From Prevotella sp. CAG:732 (GTDB lineage: Bacteria > Bacteroidota > Bacteroidia > Bacteroidales > Bacteroidaceae): DNA of 64,000 nt. The notes beneath the pieces were generated by a model, which was not told the DNA's origin, did no database searches, and saw nothing but the letters and a program-made list of their open reading frames with translations. Numbering within the stretch: position 1 is the first letter of the stretch; each line of letters opens with the position of its first letter. A program made the position numbers and the translations under genes. This document shows, piece after piece, positions 52,601-62,889 of the stretch. The stretch spans positions 16,421 to 80,420 of the forward strand of contig FR893309.1 in NCBI GenBank assembly GCA_000436035.1. The letters are read 5' to 3'.

Positions 52601-52994
52601 TTACTTTCTTTTGGGTGCCATAACCTACAACCACGACTTCATTCAGAGCATTCTGCTCTTCTTTCATGGTAACAGTTAGGTTGTTGGCAGCAGGCAGCTT
52701 GACATCCGTGAATCCAACATACGAGAACTTAAGCATCGCATTGCTTTTCGTCATGTTGAGAGAGAAACTGCCATCTAGTCCTGTTACAGTTCCATTTTGT
52801 GTTCCCTCTTCCATGATGGTTACGCCGATGAGCGGCTCTCCATTGGTGTCGAGAACTTTTCCACTTGCCGTTGCTTTCTGCTGAAGAATGGCTGCAGAAT
52901 GTGTAAAATACTTGTTTGGCGTCGATGCTCCTTCTGCCATTGCAGATGCAATAGACAAGAGAGCAATGCTTGTTAGTAACAAATTCTTTTTCAT
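49692..52994 (-). CDS. SusC/RagA TonB-dependent transporter
   Basis: LKDAASCAIYGNRGANGVILVTTK, RYDGSSRF, terminal FGLNVTF; start set at MKKNLLL. Confidence 0.96.
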   Translation of the reverse strand: MKKNLLLTSIALLSIASAMAEGASTPNKYFTHSAAILQQKATASGKVLDTNGEPLIGVTIMEEGTQNGTVTGLDGSFSLNMTKSNAMLKFSYVGFTDVKLPAANNLTVTMKEEQNALNEVVVVGYGTQKKVNLTGSVVSVDLAKETNSRPVTTAAQALQGMAAGLDIIQGSGKPGEENFSVNIRGVGTMNDASPLVLVDGMEMSLSEINPMDIESISVLKDAASCAIYGNRGANGVILVTTKSGTEGKINLSYSGRLSINSPSKLIRFMSNYADYMSIVNEACENIGTAGKYPESVIQQWRDAEANPNGLAESGYPNYVAYPNTDWYDEIYQTKVMQEHSISLSGKDTRTRYNLGLTYLDNPGMIVRSGMKKYSINLKLISDVTNWLQVGAQVWGSHSDKDRNNVDALSSWEFLKTVPGIYPYYDGKYGGIETSMEDGAAHNPLLLLNGQGDSYKKTTHAYSTAYAQIKFLKDFTFKTNFGYDFYNTRHKLTEGSNESFSFSRNEVVSSAASLETLAGYMYYNHYYNWKWTNTLNWNHTFAQKHDVGALVGFEEGKNSNGNTDVKKMGMIDQTISDLNTLTSAEYIKGSFTGYTYRSWFGRLNYAYDSRYLFEANARYDGSSRFSPDNRWGFFPSASAGWRISEENFAKNSFLNAFDNLKLRVSYGKLGNSSVDNYAYQSWYETGYTIMGGKKVPRFYLLNLPNMDVTWETTKTFNLGLDFATLNGRLSGVLDYYDKRTTGILYRPTIGLVFGDKQAPLQNLASVSNQGFEATLRWEDKVGKVTYGVAVNGSWNKNRVTKYKGKLVQGWGANPNDPDAYYSNLGEVSSGGNQRLLEGHMMNEFYVYPIYSGKGNYYDASGAVDPNGGPKDGMIRTEKDLKWVQDMIAAGYSFEPQHNVSKNAIWYGEYIYADTNGDKVYGGNYDQKFTGKSMVPKFNFGIQMHAEWNGFDLSMNWGGATGFSTYWREIGQNSTNVVFGLSVPQWIASDHYFYDPENPTDPRTNLTSKNPRMSLENPSMSDALDNTFHLYNCDFIKLRNLTIGYTLPKNISKRIYAENLRIYFSGENLWTITDFPGLDPETRSGEGYATMRQISFGLNVTF

Positions 52995-53072
52995 ATTCTC
53001 TTTTTGTATTAGGTTGTGATTGCCTTTTGAGCAGGTTTTAAACTTTAGATTTGTCATACATAGAGTCTTCTC

Positions 53073-55082
53073 TTATTTCTTGAGGAAGTTGTCTGTACGG
53101 TTGGGTGAGTACATTTCCCACAGTGATGCTACTGTCCAGCCTGGGGCGAAGTAATTGTTGTAGAATCCCTTGCCGTTCATACCGTAGTCCCAAGTTGTGT
53201 GCTGTACCACCTCTGGATAGAAGCCTGGTACGGCAATGCCACAGTTGCGCTCCTTGGTAGGCATCAATTGTGAGAGTGAGGTGAAGATGACATCGTAGAT
53301 CTGCTGGAATCTTGGCTCGTTCACTTGCTTGCTCAACCATTTGACGATGTGAGGCAGCTCAAAGACGAATACATCGATGTGGTTGTTTTCTACAGATACG
53401 TTACCCCATCCACGGGTCTTGAGACCTAAGTCGCCGTGCATTTGACCTTGCGCAAAAGGTACATCCCATAGGTAGTACCATGACAGGGCGAAGTAGGCTG
53501 CTTTCTGGCAAAGGTCGATGTAGCGTTGACGTTCCTTACCCTTGGTCACGGAAGCCATGTAGTAGTTGGCGGTGACGGCAGATATGGCAGCTTCTTTGTC
53601 CTCGCAGTTGGCATCGAGGGTTGAGGAGAAATAGTCACTCTTTGAAATGATGTTCTTCTCCAGATAGTCGATGGTTCGGCGAGCTGCCTCAAGGTATTGC
53701 TTCTTGCCAAAGTAACGATAGCCCATCACCAAGGCTGATGTGGCAGAAGGAGTGCTTCCACCTGAGGCGTCTATATCGGAACCGTCGTCGTGGAACTTTC
53801 TGGCAAAGTTGCCGTCCTTTTTCTGTAGCTTGAGGAAACCATCCAAGATTTGCTTGATATGATTCTCCCATTCTGCATGCTTGCGTCCTTGGCTCTTCTC
53901 GTATTTCAGATACAAAAGGATGGCATAGACGGCTTCTGATTGTTGGCGAATGGAGTGAACGGCTTTCTCATCGGTAGGGAATCCCTTATTGAAGTTCACG
54001 TCATCGTAGAAGTAGCCTGCACTGGTGAAACCATGTTGTAGGAAACTCTCAAGAATCTCATTTCCCATGTTCACCAAGTCTTTTTCCTGATGTTGCTCTC
54101 CATATTCTAATGCGTTGAAGGCATTGAGCAATACTCTTCCGCAGAAACCAATCTGCATGGCAGGATATGGCTTGCAGTCAGAAGTGAGCAATGTATGTCC
54201 TGAATGATATTTCAATGGATAACGGTCTATGTAAGAGCGTCTGAAATAGTTGCATAATCCTTTTTTCATTTCGTCTGGTCCGAAGAGCGGAGTCAGAGGT
54301 TGTGGATTGTAGATGTCAAAGCATTTCTTCCACATGTTGGTTACGTGTTCTCCATAATTGTTGGCAGAGCCATCGATGATTCTCCAAGTGATGGTCTTGC
54401 TCTTTCCTTTTTCTAGCTTTGCGTATGTGAAGATTGGAGCGATAAGTGTTAGTTTTCGGATATAGCGCTTTGGGGTCTCTATATATGGATAACCAAAGGT
54501 AAGGGCTACGTCGTTGTGCTCGCTGTCGAAACCGAGATATCCCAAGGAGGTTTCTCCACTGAGGATGACTTCCCCGCTCGTATGGGTGGTCAGGGTCTCG
54601 CTGGAACTGTCAAGGCAGCGCATGACGGCTATCGATTTTTTCTCACTCTCATTGAAGGCACTGGTCATCGGGGATGATAGGCGGTCTTCTCTGAAATTCC
54701 AACTCTTCGAAGTGTGGAAGGCTGGCGCCTCTTTAGGAGAGCGAAGATTTAGGTGATACCAGAAACCAGGCAAGTAGAACTCGCTGCCATTGGAAGGCAA
54801 ACCCGTGTTGAGGCTGGCTTCGAAGTTGTAGAAGGCTGTTTGTCGTGCCGTCAGCGTAACCTGGTAGATTTGGTCTTTGCCGTCATTGGTTACTTGTTGC
54901 TTGATTTCGATAGGCAAGGCAGAGCCATTTGCTGATACCAATTGTCCGGCATCCTCCTTCAGTGAATAGGTGACGGCAGGATTGCCTGGCTGCTTGATGC
55001 TAATCTTCGTCTTGACATCAAGAGCATTGGAACATAGTGTGACAACTGTGAGTGCCACTGTAAGTAATGTTCGTCTGTACAT
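53073..55082 (-). CDS. Exported PUL protein of unassigned family, possibly an (alpha/alpha)-barrel glycosidase
   Basis: Signal peptide MYRRTLL...ALD; helical C-terminal half (FLKLQKKDGNF, KQYLEAARR, STLDANCEDKEA); PUL context. Confidence 0.6.
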   Translation of the reverse strand: MYRRTLLTVALTVVTLCSNALDVKTKISIKQPGNPAVTYSLKEDAGQLVSANGSALPIEIKQQVTNDGKDQIYQVTLTARQTAFYNFEASLNTGLPSNGSEFYLPGFWYHLNLRSPKEAPAFHTSKSWNFREDRLSSPMTSAFNESEKKSIAVMRCLDSSSETLTTHTSGEVILSGETSLGYLGFDSEHNDVALTFGYPYIETPKRYIRKLTLIAPIFTYAKLEKGKSKTITWRIIDGSANNYGEHVTNMWKKCFDIYNPQPLTPLFGPDEMKKGLCNYFRRSYIDRYPLKYHSGHTLLTSDCKPYPAMQIGFCGRVLLNAFNALEYGEQHQEKDLVNMGNEILESFLQHGFTSAGYFYDDVNFNKGFPTDEKAVHSIRQQSEAVYAILLYLKYEKSQGRKHAEWENHIKQILDGFLKLQKKDGNFARKFHDDGSDIDASGGSTPSATSALVMGYRYFGKKQYLEAARRTIDYLEKNIISKSDYFSSTLDANCEDKEAAISAVTANYYMASVTKGKERQRYIDLCQKAAYFALSWYYLWDVPFAQGQMHGDLGLKTRGWGNVSVENNHIDVFVFELPHIVKWLSKQVNEPRFQQIYDVIFTSLSQLMPTKERNCGIAVPGFYPEVVQHTTWDYGMNGKGFYNNYFAPGWTVASLWEMYSPNRTDNFLKK

Positions 55083-55101
55083 AGTTGTATAATAGTTAGA
55101 G

Positions 55102-56115
55102 TTATTTCTTATATAAATAGGTGAACGTATTCTCTTCGATGGTAAAACTACCATTCTTGAAGTTCAATCCTACGAGAGCGGTCTTGCGAGGAGCTACCTC
55201 CGTGAAGCTTTGGTGCGTGTGGAATACGTACTTCCACTTGCCTGCATCATCTAGAAAAGCATCTCCATGTCCTGTTCCGTAATACCCGATGTTGGCTCGT
55301 GAGATGATAGGAGCATTCTGCTTGGTCCATGGTCCGTATGGATTATCGGCTGTGGCTATGCCCACAGCATAATCAATGTTGCGATAGTCGTTGGCAGAAT
55401 AGAACATATAATAGGTATCGCCGATATGCAAAACCGTTGGGCCTTCTGTCACTTTCCATGCCACTTGTTCGGTATCTTCCCATGGCAAGCTAGCACTGAT
55501 GCATTCCTTGGCGGTTTCTTCCTTGATGGAACTGAGGTCGTCTGTCATCTCGGCTACATAGATGCGATTGCCGTTTTGAAGTCTTACATGATAAAGATAC
55601 ACCTTTCCGTCGTTGTCAAACAATACGTAGGGGTCAATGGTCTTGCAAGGTGCTTGAATCATCTGCTTCTTGGGTTGACTGAATGGACCCAATGGCGATG
55701 AGGCTGTGGCTACGGCAATTTGTTCATTGGCTGTATAGAACATATAGTAGGTGTTGCCTCGTTTGGCTACTTGTGGTGCCCAAAAACCTGTGGTCCCGAA
55801 CGAAGTGCCGCTCGTGAGGCAAAAGCCGTTTTCCTTGCCAACAGGTCCTGACCATTCCTTGAGATCCTTCGACTGATAGACATAGAAGCCTTTGTCGGAT
55901 TGAGCTCCTGTGCCATATAAATAATAGGTGTCATCGGTGTCTCTGAAGATGGTAGGGTCGGCTTCTGTCAAGATAGTCTTTTTCTCCTTATTATTATCTT
56001 TATTGTTGATCTCAGGATATTGTGGCTCGTTTGAACTACAAGATGGTATTATGAATAGGGAGGCCATGCATGTAGAGAGTAGCCGTGCTGAAAGGATGGT
56101 TGTTCTTTTGTTCAT
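55102..56115 (-). CDS. GH43 glycosidase, lipoprotein
   Basis: Lipobox IPSC, EADP, FWAPQV, IDP, TEGP, GTGHG. Confidence 0.92.
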   Translation of the reverse strand: MNKRTTILSARLLSTCMASLFIIPSCSSNEPQYPEINNKDNNKEKKTILTEADPTIFRDTDDTYYLYGTGAQSDKGFYVYQSKDLKEWSGPVGKENGFCLTSGTSFGTTGFWAPQVAKRGNTYYMFYTANEQIAVATASSPLGPFSQPKKQMIQAPCKTIDPYVLFDNDGKVYLYHVRLQNGNRIYVAEMTDDLSSIKEETAKECISASLPWEDTEQVAWKVTEGPTVLHIGDTYYMFYSANDYRNIDYAVGIATADNPYGPWTKQNAPIISRANIGYYGTGHGDAFLDDAGKWKYVFHTHQSFTEVAPRKTALVGLNFKNGSFTIEENTFTYLYKK

Positions 56116-56149
56116 CGTTATGCAATAATTAGGTTGTTAATTTCGGTTG

Positions 56150-56214
56150 CAAAAATACATGATAATTGAATGTTGTCATGGGTAATATCGTCTTGGATAT
56201 GGGTAATTCTGTCT
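56150..56214 (-). promoter_or_regulatory. PUL 3 promoter with a candidate HTCS operator
   Basis: TATTTTTG on the minus strand (56150-56157); atgggtaat direct repeat at 56178 and 56199. Confidence 0.7.
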
Positions 56215-56296
56215 AGTCTGGTCAAAAATACTTGTAAAAAGTGCAGGATTACCTATAAAAAAGGCTATATTTGCACTAGAAATAAAAGTAACATAG

Positions 56297-59200
56297 ATGA
56301 AACAAATACTCTTGACCTTAGTTTTTGCTGTAGTCAATACATGGTCAGCATGGGCCTTGGACTTCTGCTTTCGACATCTCAATACCTCTAATGGCTTGCC
56401 TAATCAACAAGTGGAAGCCATCGTGCAAGATGCCGATGGATATATCTGGATTGGTACCCGAAATGGGTTGGCCAAGTTTGATGGTTATAATGTGCAGACT
56501 TATTACCATCAAGAAGGAATGGCACATTCGTTGATACATAATTTCGTTCATGGACTGTTTTTGGATTCCAAGAAGAACTTGTGGGTTGCTACCGAAAATG
56601 GTGTGAGCCGTTATCGCTCCAAAACGGACGACTTCCAAAATTATGGTAATGTCAAGGGGTATTGCACAAGTTTCGTGGAAACGAAAGATGGTCGAATCCT
56701 AACGGGCCATGACAAGCTCTTTGTCTATGACAAGAAAACGGATGCCTTCTCTGTTTATCCGTCTCTCAACTATGGAGCCATCGCCTCCATGGCAAGGGAC
56801 GGTAAGGGTAATATCTTTGTATCTACCAACAAGGCTGTTTTTTCTTTTAATGCAACGCTATCCAAGATAAATCTTCACAAATTGGATGGTTTGGGAAATT
56901 CGAGCATAGAGCAAAACACCATCAAGCCACTTTATGTGGATTCTCGGCAGCGCTTGTGGATTGGATGTGACAATGGGGGATTGGTATGCGTCACTCTTGC
57001 CACTGGTAAGGAAGTGAAGTATGAAGCGAAATGGCTTACAGGGGGAATCGTGCGAACCATCACCGAGGATAAACGCCATAACATCTGGCTGGGCACGGAG
57101 ATGGGTATTGCCGTGATTGCTCCTGATGGGCATATAGAGAGAATCAAAAAAGAGCCTAATAAGTCGAACAGTTTGACGGATAATGCTATCTATAGTATCT
57201 TGTCGGACAGGGAGGATAATATCTGGATTGGCTCCTATTTCTGAGGCGTGGATTACTTGGTCAAGCACAACTCTTGGTTTATACATGATTATGCCAATGG
57301 AAAACCTGGGGCATTCAATGCACGTATTCCTCGCTCAATAGTTGAGGCGGAGGGTGGATTGGTTTGGATTGCCACAGAGGATAATGGTATCTTCATCTAT
57401 GATATGCAGAACCATGTTTTTACTCCTTTTACGGGCATCCCAACACTTGGCTCCAATGTGCATAGTCTTTATTATGACCCTGTGTCTCGTGATATGTGGA
57501 TAGGCTCACGCTTCAATGGATTGTTCCGTTATCAATTAGGTACACACCAATATTCACAATATTATTATACGAATGGCATCACATCGGCGGGAATCTTCGA
57601 TGTCTGTAAGACTTCGAATGGCAGGATTTGGGTCGCTACCATGGATGGCCTACGCTATTATGATGCCAAGAACAATGTCTTCCGCAAGATAGGTCATCAA
57701 CTTCTTGACCATGTGTTCATTTATTCGCTTTTTGAGGATAGCAAGCATCGCTTGTGGGCGGCAACTACTTCTTATGGCCTTTTCTGCATAGACCATGGCA
57801 AGGTGATACGCTACAGTAAGGAAAGCCATTGTGGGTTGACGGATAATTATATTATCGTCGTATTTGAAGATTCTCAAAAGAGGATTTGGATTGGCACCAA
57901 CAACTGCGGAATGTTTTGTCTAAATGCTAACGACAAGCAGAAGATAAAGCATGCTTCTTGTGGACTTCCGCAGGAATGCACGATTTGCAGCATTGTCGAG
58001 GATGCCAATCATTGTTTGTGGATTGGTACGGATCGGGGTCTCTATCGCTATCATCTCGTGGATGGAAGCACGCGTTGCTTTTCTGCGAATGCAGAGCTAC
58101 CAGTCAATCAGTTCAACTTTACCTCATCTTATTATTCTCCACGGGGCTTTATGATGATGGGTACCTTTGATGGACTGCTAACTTTCTATCCTCAAAAGAT
58201 AGTGGATAAGGCCATTCATTATCAAATACATTTCAAGCAGCTTTACATCAACAACAAGCTCATGAGTGTGGCAAGTGAAGACTCCCCACTCAAGACTCGC
58301 CTAGACTGTACCGACGAGATCGTCTTGAGCTATGACCAGGCAAAGTCGTTCTCCATAGAATATGGTGTCGTCATGCCAGGCTGTATGGAGAATGTGAGGT
58401 ATCAGATTAAGGTGGATGGCATAGACAAGGATTGGCGAGATGTGGGTACGGAGCACCGATTTAATGGTTATCTGCTTCAGCCAGGCAACTATCGCCTCCA
58501 TGTAAGGGCCAACAATGGCATCATGAAAGAAGACAACATGAGTGAGCGGGTCTTGGATATTGTTGTTGAGGCTCCGTTTTATCGCTCCAATCTAGCGATA
58601 TTCATCTATTTGCTTCTTCTGTGTGGTGTAGCTATTGGAACTATCGCTTTCTATAATATGCGAATGAAGGAAAAGGCGGAAATCAAGTATGTGAGTTTGG
58701 AGAAGGAAAAGGTGAAGGAGGTGGATAAGATGAAGTCCAACTTCTTTACGATGGTCTCTCATGAGTTGAAGACGCCGTTGGCACTGATTAAAGCCCCTTT
58801 GAAGACGATTGCCGTCTCACAACTCAGTGATGAGGCTAAGACTTCGCTCGATATGGCGATACGTAATGCTACCAAGATGGAGCACATGATCAATGAGTTG
58901 GTGACATTCAACAAGATAGAGTCCGACAACTTCCCATTTTATGTACAACAAGGCAATCCTGTGGAATTTGTAGCCATGGTGGCTGCCAATTTCAAGGAGA
59001 TGGTTTCCGCAAAACAGCTCAAACTGGAGATTCGTACCATTGATAATGGTGAGGATGGATGGTTCTCACCTTCTTATATAGAGCATATCCTCAACAATTT
59101 GATGTCGAATGCGATGAAGTTTACTTCCACTGGTGGTGTCATTACCATTGGGGCGGAGATGGTGCGGAAGTTAGAGTCTCCCGACTTATTCCTTAAGATG

Positions 59201-60313
59201 GAAGTTGCCGACACGGGCATTGGCATCATGAAAGAAGAAATCGCTAATATCTTTGAGCGATATTATCAAACCAAGCGTGGCTTTAATGCCAATAGTAAAG
59301 GCTGGGGTATCGGCTTGTCTTTGGTTCGTCGCTTGGCAGAGATTCATAAGGGTAGTGTTGCTGTGGATAGTGAATTGGGAAAGGGTAGTACTTTCACGGT
59401 ATGGATTGATGTGGCAGAAGACGCATTTACTGAAAAAGACAAGATCTCGTCTGACAAAGAATTGGTTACCGTGAAGGATTATGTCAGCAAGGCAGAGCCT
59501 TGGAGTGTAGATTCCCAAGATGGTGTTGTGACACAGCTTTCAAAAGAAAAAGAAGTTGGCGAAGGTATGCATACCTTATTGGTTGTGGAGGATAATGCGG
59601 ACATGTTGAAGTTCTTGGCTGATTTGTTGGGCAAGGAATATCATGTCGTTACGGCGAAAGACGGACAGGAGGCTTGGAATATTGCCATCTCTCGACAGGA
59701 CATTGAAATGGTGGTATCAGACGTGATGATGCCTAGGATGACAGGTAATGAACTTTGCAACATGCTGAAAGGTAATATGGCTACATCGCATATTCCTGTC
59801 ATTCTGTTGACTGCCAAGAGCGACCCTGATGACATCAAGAGCGGTTACAAGGATGGTGCGGATGTGTATATCTCCAAGCCATTTGACCCTGTTGCCCTAT
59901 GTTATCAGATTGGTAATATCCTTCGATTGGTGCGTAATCGCCAAGAGAAGATCGTTGAGGGAGGCAAGGAGGCCATTGAAGCCAACAAGACATTGACACA
60001 ACTGGACAAGGACTTTGTCAAGAGCATTAGCGATATGGTGGAAGTAAACTTGGAAAATGCTAATTTCTCCATAGACGACATCACTTCTAGTATGGGCATT
60101 TCCAGGAGTCTCTTATATACCAAGATGAAGAGCCTCATGAATATCTCTATGGGTGACTATATCCGTCATAAGCGTATAGAACGTGCTTGCCACATGCTTT
60201 CCGAGGGTTATAATGTGTCGGAGACAGCATACGCTTGTGGCTTCTCTGACCCTAATTATTTCTCAAAGGTGTTTAAGAAGATGAAAGGTATGGCACCATC
60301 CGATTACTCGTGA
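56297..60313 (+). pseudogene. Hybrid two-component system regulator interrupted by an in-frame TGA (57242-57244)
   Basis: Both ORFs lie in one frame (WIGSYF*GVDY); propellers, SHELKTPL, HATPase, receiver (SDVMMP) and AraC all present. Confidence 0.9.
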
Positions 60314-60357
60314 CAAGCCTCTATGTCAGATAAAAGGGCAAGGCCCCAAATATAGAT

Positions 60358-61134
60358 TTATATTTGAGGTCTTGGCGCAAATTCTGTATGTAAGGTTTCC
60401 ATGGGATGCTCCTTCAAGTCGATGAGGATGTTGGGCGTGTTACCGTTGGCGATGATGACCTTGATGCCCGCATTGGCTACATCCTGTGCGGTCTTCAACT
60501 TGGAGATCATGCCACCTCTGCCATGACTGCTCTTCTCCTCACTTACATATTCGCTTACGTCTCGGTCGTAATATACCGAAGGGATGATGCGAGAGGTTGG
60601 TAGGGAAGGGTCGCCATTGTAGATGCCATCCACATTGGAAAGGAGAACGAGGGCATCGGCTTTCAGCATTTTGGCTATCAAGCCTGACAACTCGTCATTA
60701 TCGGTGAACATCAACTCGGTGAGGCATACGGTATCGTTCTCGTTGACGATAGGGAGCACGCCGTTCTCCAGCATCAGTTCCATACAAGCCTTCTGGTTCT
60801 GGTACTGTTCCTTGGCAAGGAAGTTCTCCTTCATCGTCAGTACCTGTCCCACCTTGATGCCGTATTCTCTGAACAAGTCGTAATATAATCGGATGAGCTT
60901 GCCCTGACCTACGGAAGAGAACAACTGTCGCTGTTCCACGCTATCCAGTTGATGGTCTATCTGCAACTCGCCTCTGCCAGCCATCACGGCACCAGAAGAT
61001 ACGAGTATCACTTCGTAGTCGTGTCGGCGAAGCCAAGCCAACTGGTCCACCAAAGCCGACATTCTTGTCACGTTCAAATGTCCATCCTCTCGGGTCAGCA
61101 CATTGCTGCCCACCTTTACTACTATACGTCTCAT
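60358..61134 (-). CDS. proB: Glutamate 5-kinase, no PUA domain
   Basis: VVKVGS, VSSGA, PIVNEND, DNDELS, GGMISK. Confidence 0.96.
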   Translation of the reverse strand: MRRIVVKVGSNVLTREDGHLNVTRMSALVDQLAWLRRHDYEVILVSSGAVMAGRGELQIDHQLDSVEQRQLFSSVGQGKLIRLYYDLFREYGIKVGQVLTMKENFLAKEQYQNQKACMELMLENGVLPIVNENDTVCLTELMFTDNDELSGLIAKMLKADALVLLSNVDGIYNGDPSLPTSRIIPSVYYDRDVSEYVSEEKSSHGRGGMISKLKTAQDVANAGIKVIIANGNTPNILIDLKEHPMETLHTEFAPRPQI

Positions 61135-61152
61135 GTTATATGTTGATATGTT

Positions 61153-61178
61153 TGAGGGCTAAATCGCTTTAGCCCTCA
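61153..61178 (-). terminator. Hairpin after the acyl-CoA synthetase gene
   Basis: tgagggctaaa-tcgc-tttagccctca. Confidence 0.55.
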
Positions 61179-61182
61179 TTTA

Positions 61183-62844
61183 TTACTTTTTCTTGTTGTC
61201 TTTCTCTCTAATCTCCACTCTACGAATCTTGCCAGAGATGGTCTTTGGCAATTCATCCACGAACTCGATGATGCGAGGATACTTGTATGGGGCGGTCTCG
61301 TGCTTCACATGATTCTGGAGTTCTTTGATTAGGTCGTCACCAGCCTTAGCCTTGTAATCCTTGGCGAGGACAACCGTTGCCTTCACCACCATACCTCGGA
61401 TAGGGTCTGGCACACCCGTGATGGCACATTCCACTACGGCAGGGTGAGTCATCAAGGCATTCTCTACCTCGAAAGGACCGATGCGATAACCGGAACTCTT
61501 GATGACATCATCGATTCTGCCTTCAAACCAATAGTAACCTTCCTCGTCACGCCATGCCATATCGCCAGTGTGATAATAGCCATCGTGCCATACCGACTTG
61601 GTTTGTTTGTCATCACGATAGTAATATTTGAAGAGGCCGAGTGGCTTGTCATCGCCGATATGGATGCAAATCTCACCCTTCTCGCCATCCTCACACTCCG
61701 TCATGTCGGGGCGCAAGATGTGGACATCGTATTGTGGATTTGGCTTGCCCATGCTGCCTGGTTTCGGCTTGATCCATGGGAAGGTACCGAGCGTCATCGT
61801 GGTCTCGGTCTGTCCGAATCCCTCGTATATCTGAATGCCAGTCAACTTCTGGAAGGTCTCTGCCACAGATGGATTCATCGCCTCTCCCGCAGTGGTGCAA
61901 TATTCGAGGCTGCTCAAGTCGTACTTGGAGAAGTCCTCGCGTATCATGAAACGATAGATGGTAGGAGGGGCGCAGAAAGAAGTGATGTGATACTTCTCTA
62001 TCTGGCGCATAATCTTCTCTGCCGTAAACTTCTCATGGTCATAAACGAAGACCGTGGCGCCGGCAAACCATTGTCCGTAGAGCTTGCCCCATACCGCCTT
62101 GCCCCAACCGGTGTCAGCTACGGTGAGGTGGATGGAGTTCTCATGGAGATTGTGCCAATACACGCCTGTGGTGAGATGACCAAGGGCATAGAGATGGTCA
62201 TGAGCCACCATCTTAGGCTCGCCCGTGGTTCCAGATGTGAAGTACATGAGGAGGGTGTCCTCGTTAGAGTTTACATGTTCTGGGCGAACGAAAGGAGCGC
62301 ATTCGTTCCATTCCTTCATCCAGTCGTGGAATCCCTCAGGGATGTCAGGACCGATGCTAATCAAGAGCTTCACGGTAGGACTCTCTGGCATCGCCTCCTG
62401 TATCTGTTCTACCACATAGTCGTCGCCACAGCAGATGATGGCTTTCACGCTAGCCGCATTGTTGCGGTAGATGATGTCGTGCTTGGTGAGCATGTGGGTG
62501 GCAGGGATGGCTACGGCACCGAGCTTGTGAAGTCCGAGCATGGCGAGCCACCACTGGTAGTGACGCTTCAAGATGAGCATCACCTTGTCATCGTGACCGA
62601 TGCCCAAGCTCTGGAAGTAAGCGGCAGCCTTGTCGCTCTGCTCCTTGAGGTCCTTATATGTGAACTTGATTTCCTCACCACGTTCGCTGGTCCATAAGAG
62701 GGCTACGTGGTCGGGTTTGATCTTTGCCCACTCGTCCATCACGTCGTAGGCAAAGTTGAAATCTTCTGGTATGATGAACTCCAGATGCTCCTTGAAGTCT
62801 TGCTCTGAAGTAAATGTAGTCTGTTTTAGAAATCTCTCAATCAT
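61183..62844 (-). CDS. AMP-forming short-chain acyl/acetyl-CoA synthetase
   Basis: YFTSGTTGEPK, GFGQTE, YHTGD, SSGYRIGPFEVE, LPKTISGKI. Confidence 0.92.
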   Translation of the reverse strand: MIERFLKQTTFTSEQDFKEHLEFIIPEDFNFAYDVMDEWAKIKPDHVALLWTSERGEEIKFTYKDLKEQSDKAAAYFQSLGIGHDDKVMLILKRHYQWWLAMLGLHKLGAVAIPATHMLTKHDIIYRNNAASVKAIICCGDDYVVEQIQEAMPESPTVKLLISIGPDIPEGFHDWMKEWNECAPFVRPEHVNSNEDTLLMYFTSGTTGEPKMVAHDHLYALGHLTTGVYWHNLHENSIHLTVADTGWGKAVWGKLYGQWFAGATVFVYDHEKFTAEKIMRQIEKYHITSFCAPPTIYRFMIREDFSKYDLSSLEYCTTAGEAMNPSVAETFQKLTGIQIYEGFGQTETTMTLGTFPWIKPKPGSMGKPNPQYDVHILRPDMTECEDGEKGEICIHIGDDKPLGLFKYYYRDDKQTKSVWHDGYYHTGDMAWRDEEGYYWFEGRIDDVIKSSGYRIGPFEVENALMTHPAVVECAITGVPDPIRGMVVKATVVLAKDYKAKAGDDLIKELQNHVKHETAPYKYPRIIEFVDELPKTISGKIRRVEIREKDNKKK

Positions 62845-62851
62845 AGTTGTT

Positions 62852-62889
62852 GCTATTGAATTCTTCACTCTTCACTCTTCGTTCTTCAC
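62852..62889 (-). repeat. Heptamer repeat x4 with attcaatagc tail
   Basis: Minus strand reads taa gtgaaga acgaaga gtgaaga gtgaaga attcaatagc. Confidence 0.9.

Noticed and set aside
57242..57244. Selenocysteine or alternative genetic code at the HTCS TGA
   Set aside because: The position corresponds to Gly, not Cys, and TGA is a normal stop elsewhere in the window.
61444..62697. Long antisense ORFs (417 aa here; also 13524-14585, 17190-18215, 36034-36951 and others)
   Set aside because: They shadow well-supported genes on the opposite strand, as expected from codon bias, and show no recognisable motifs.
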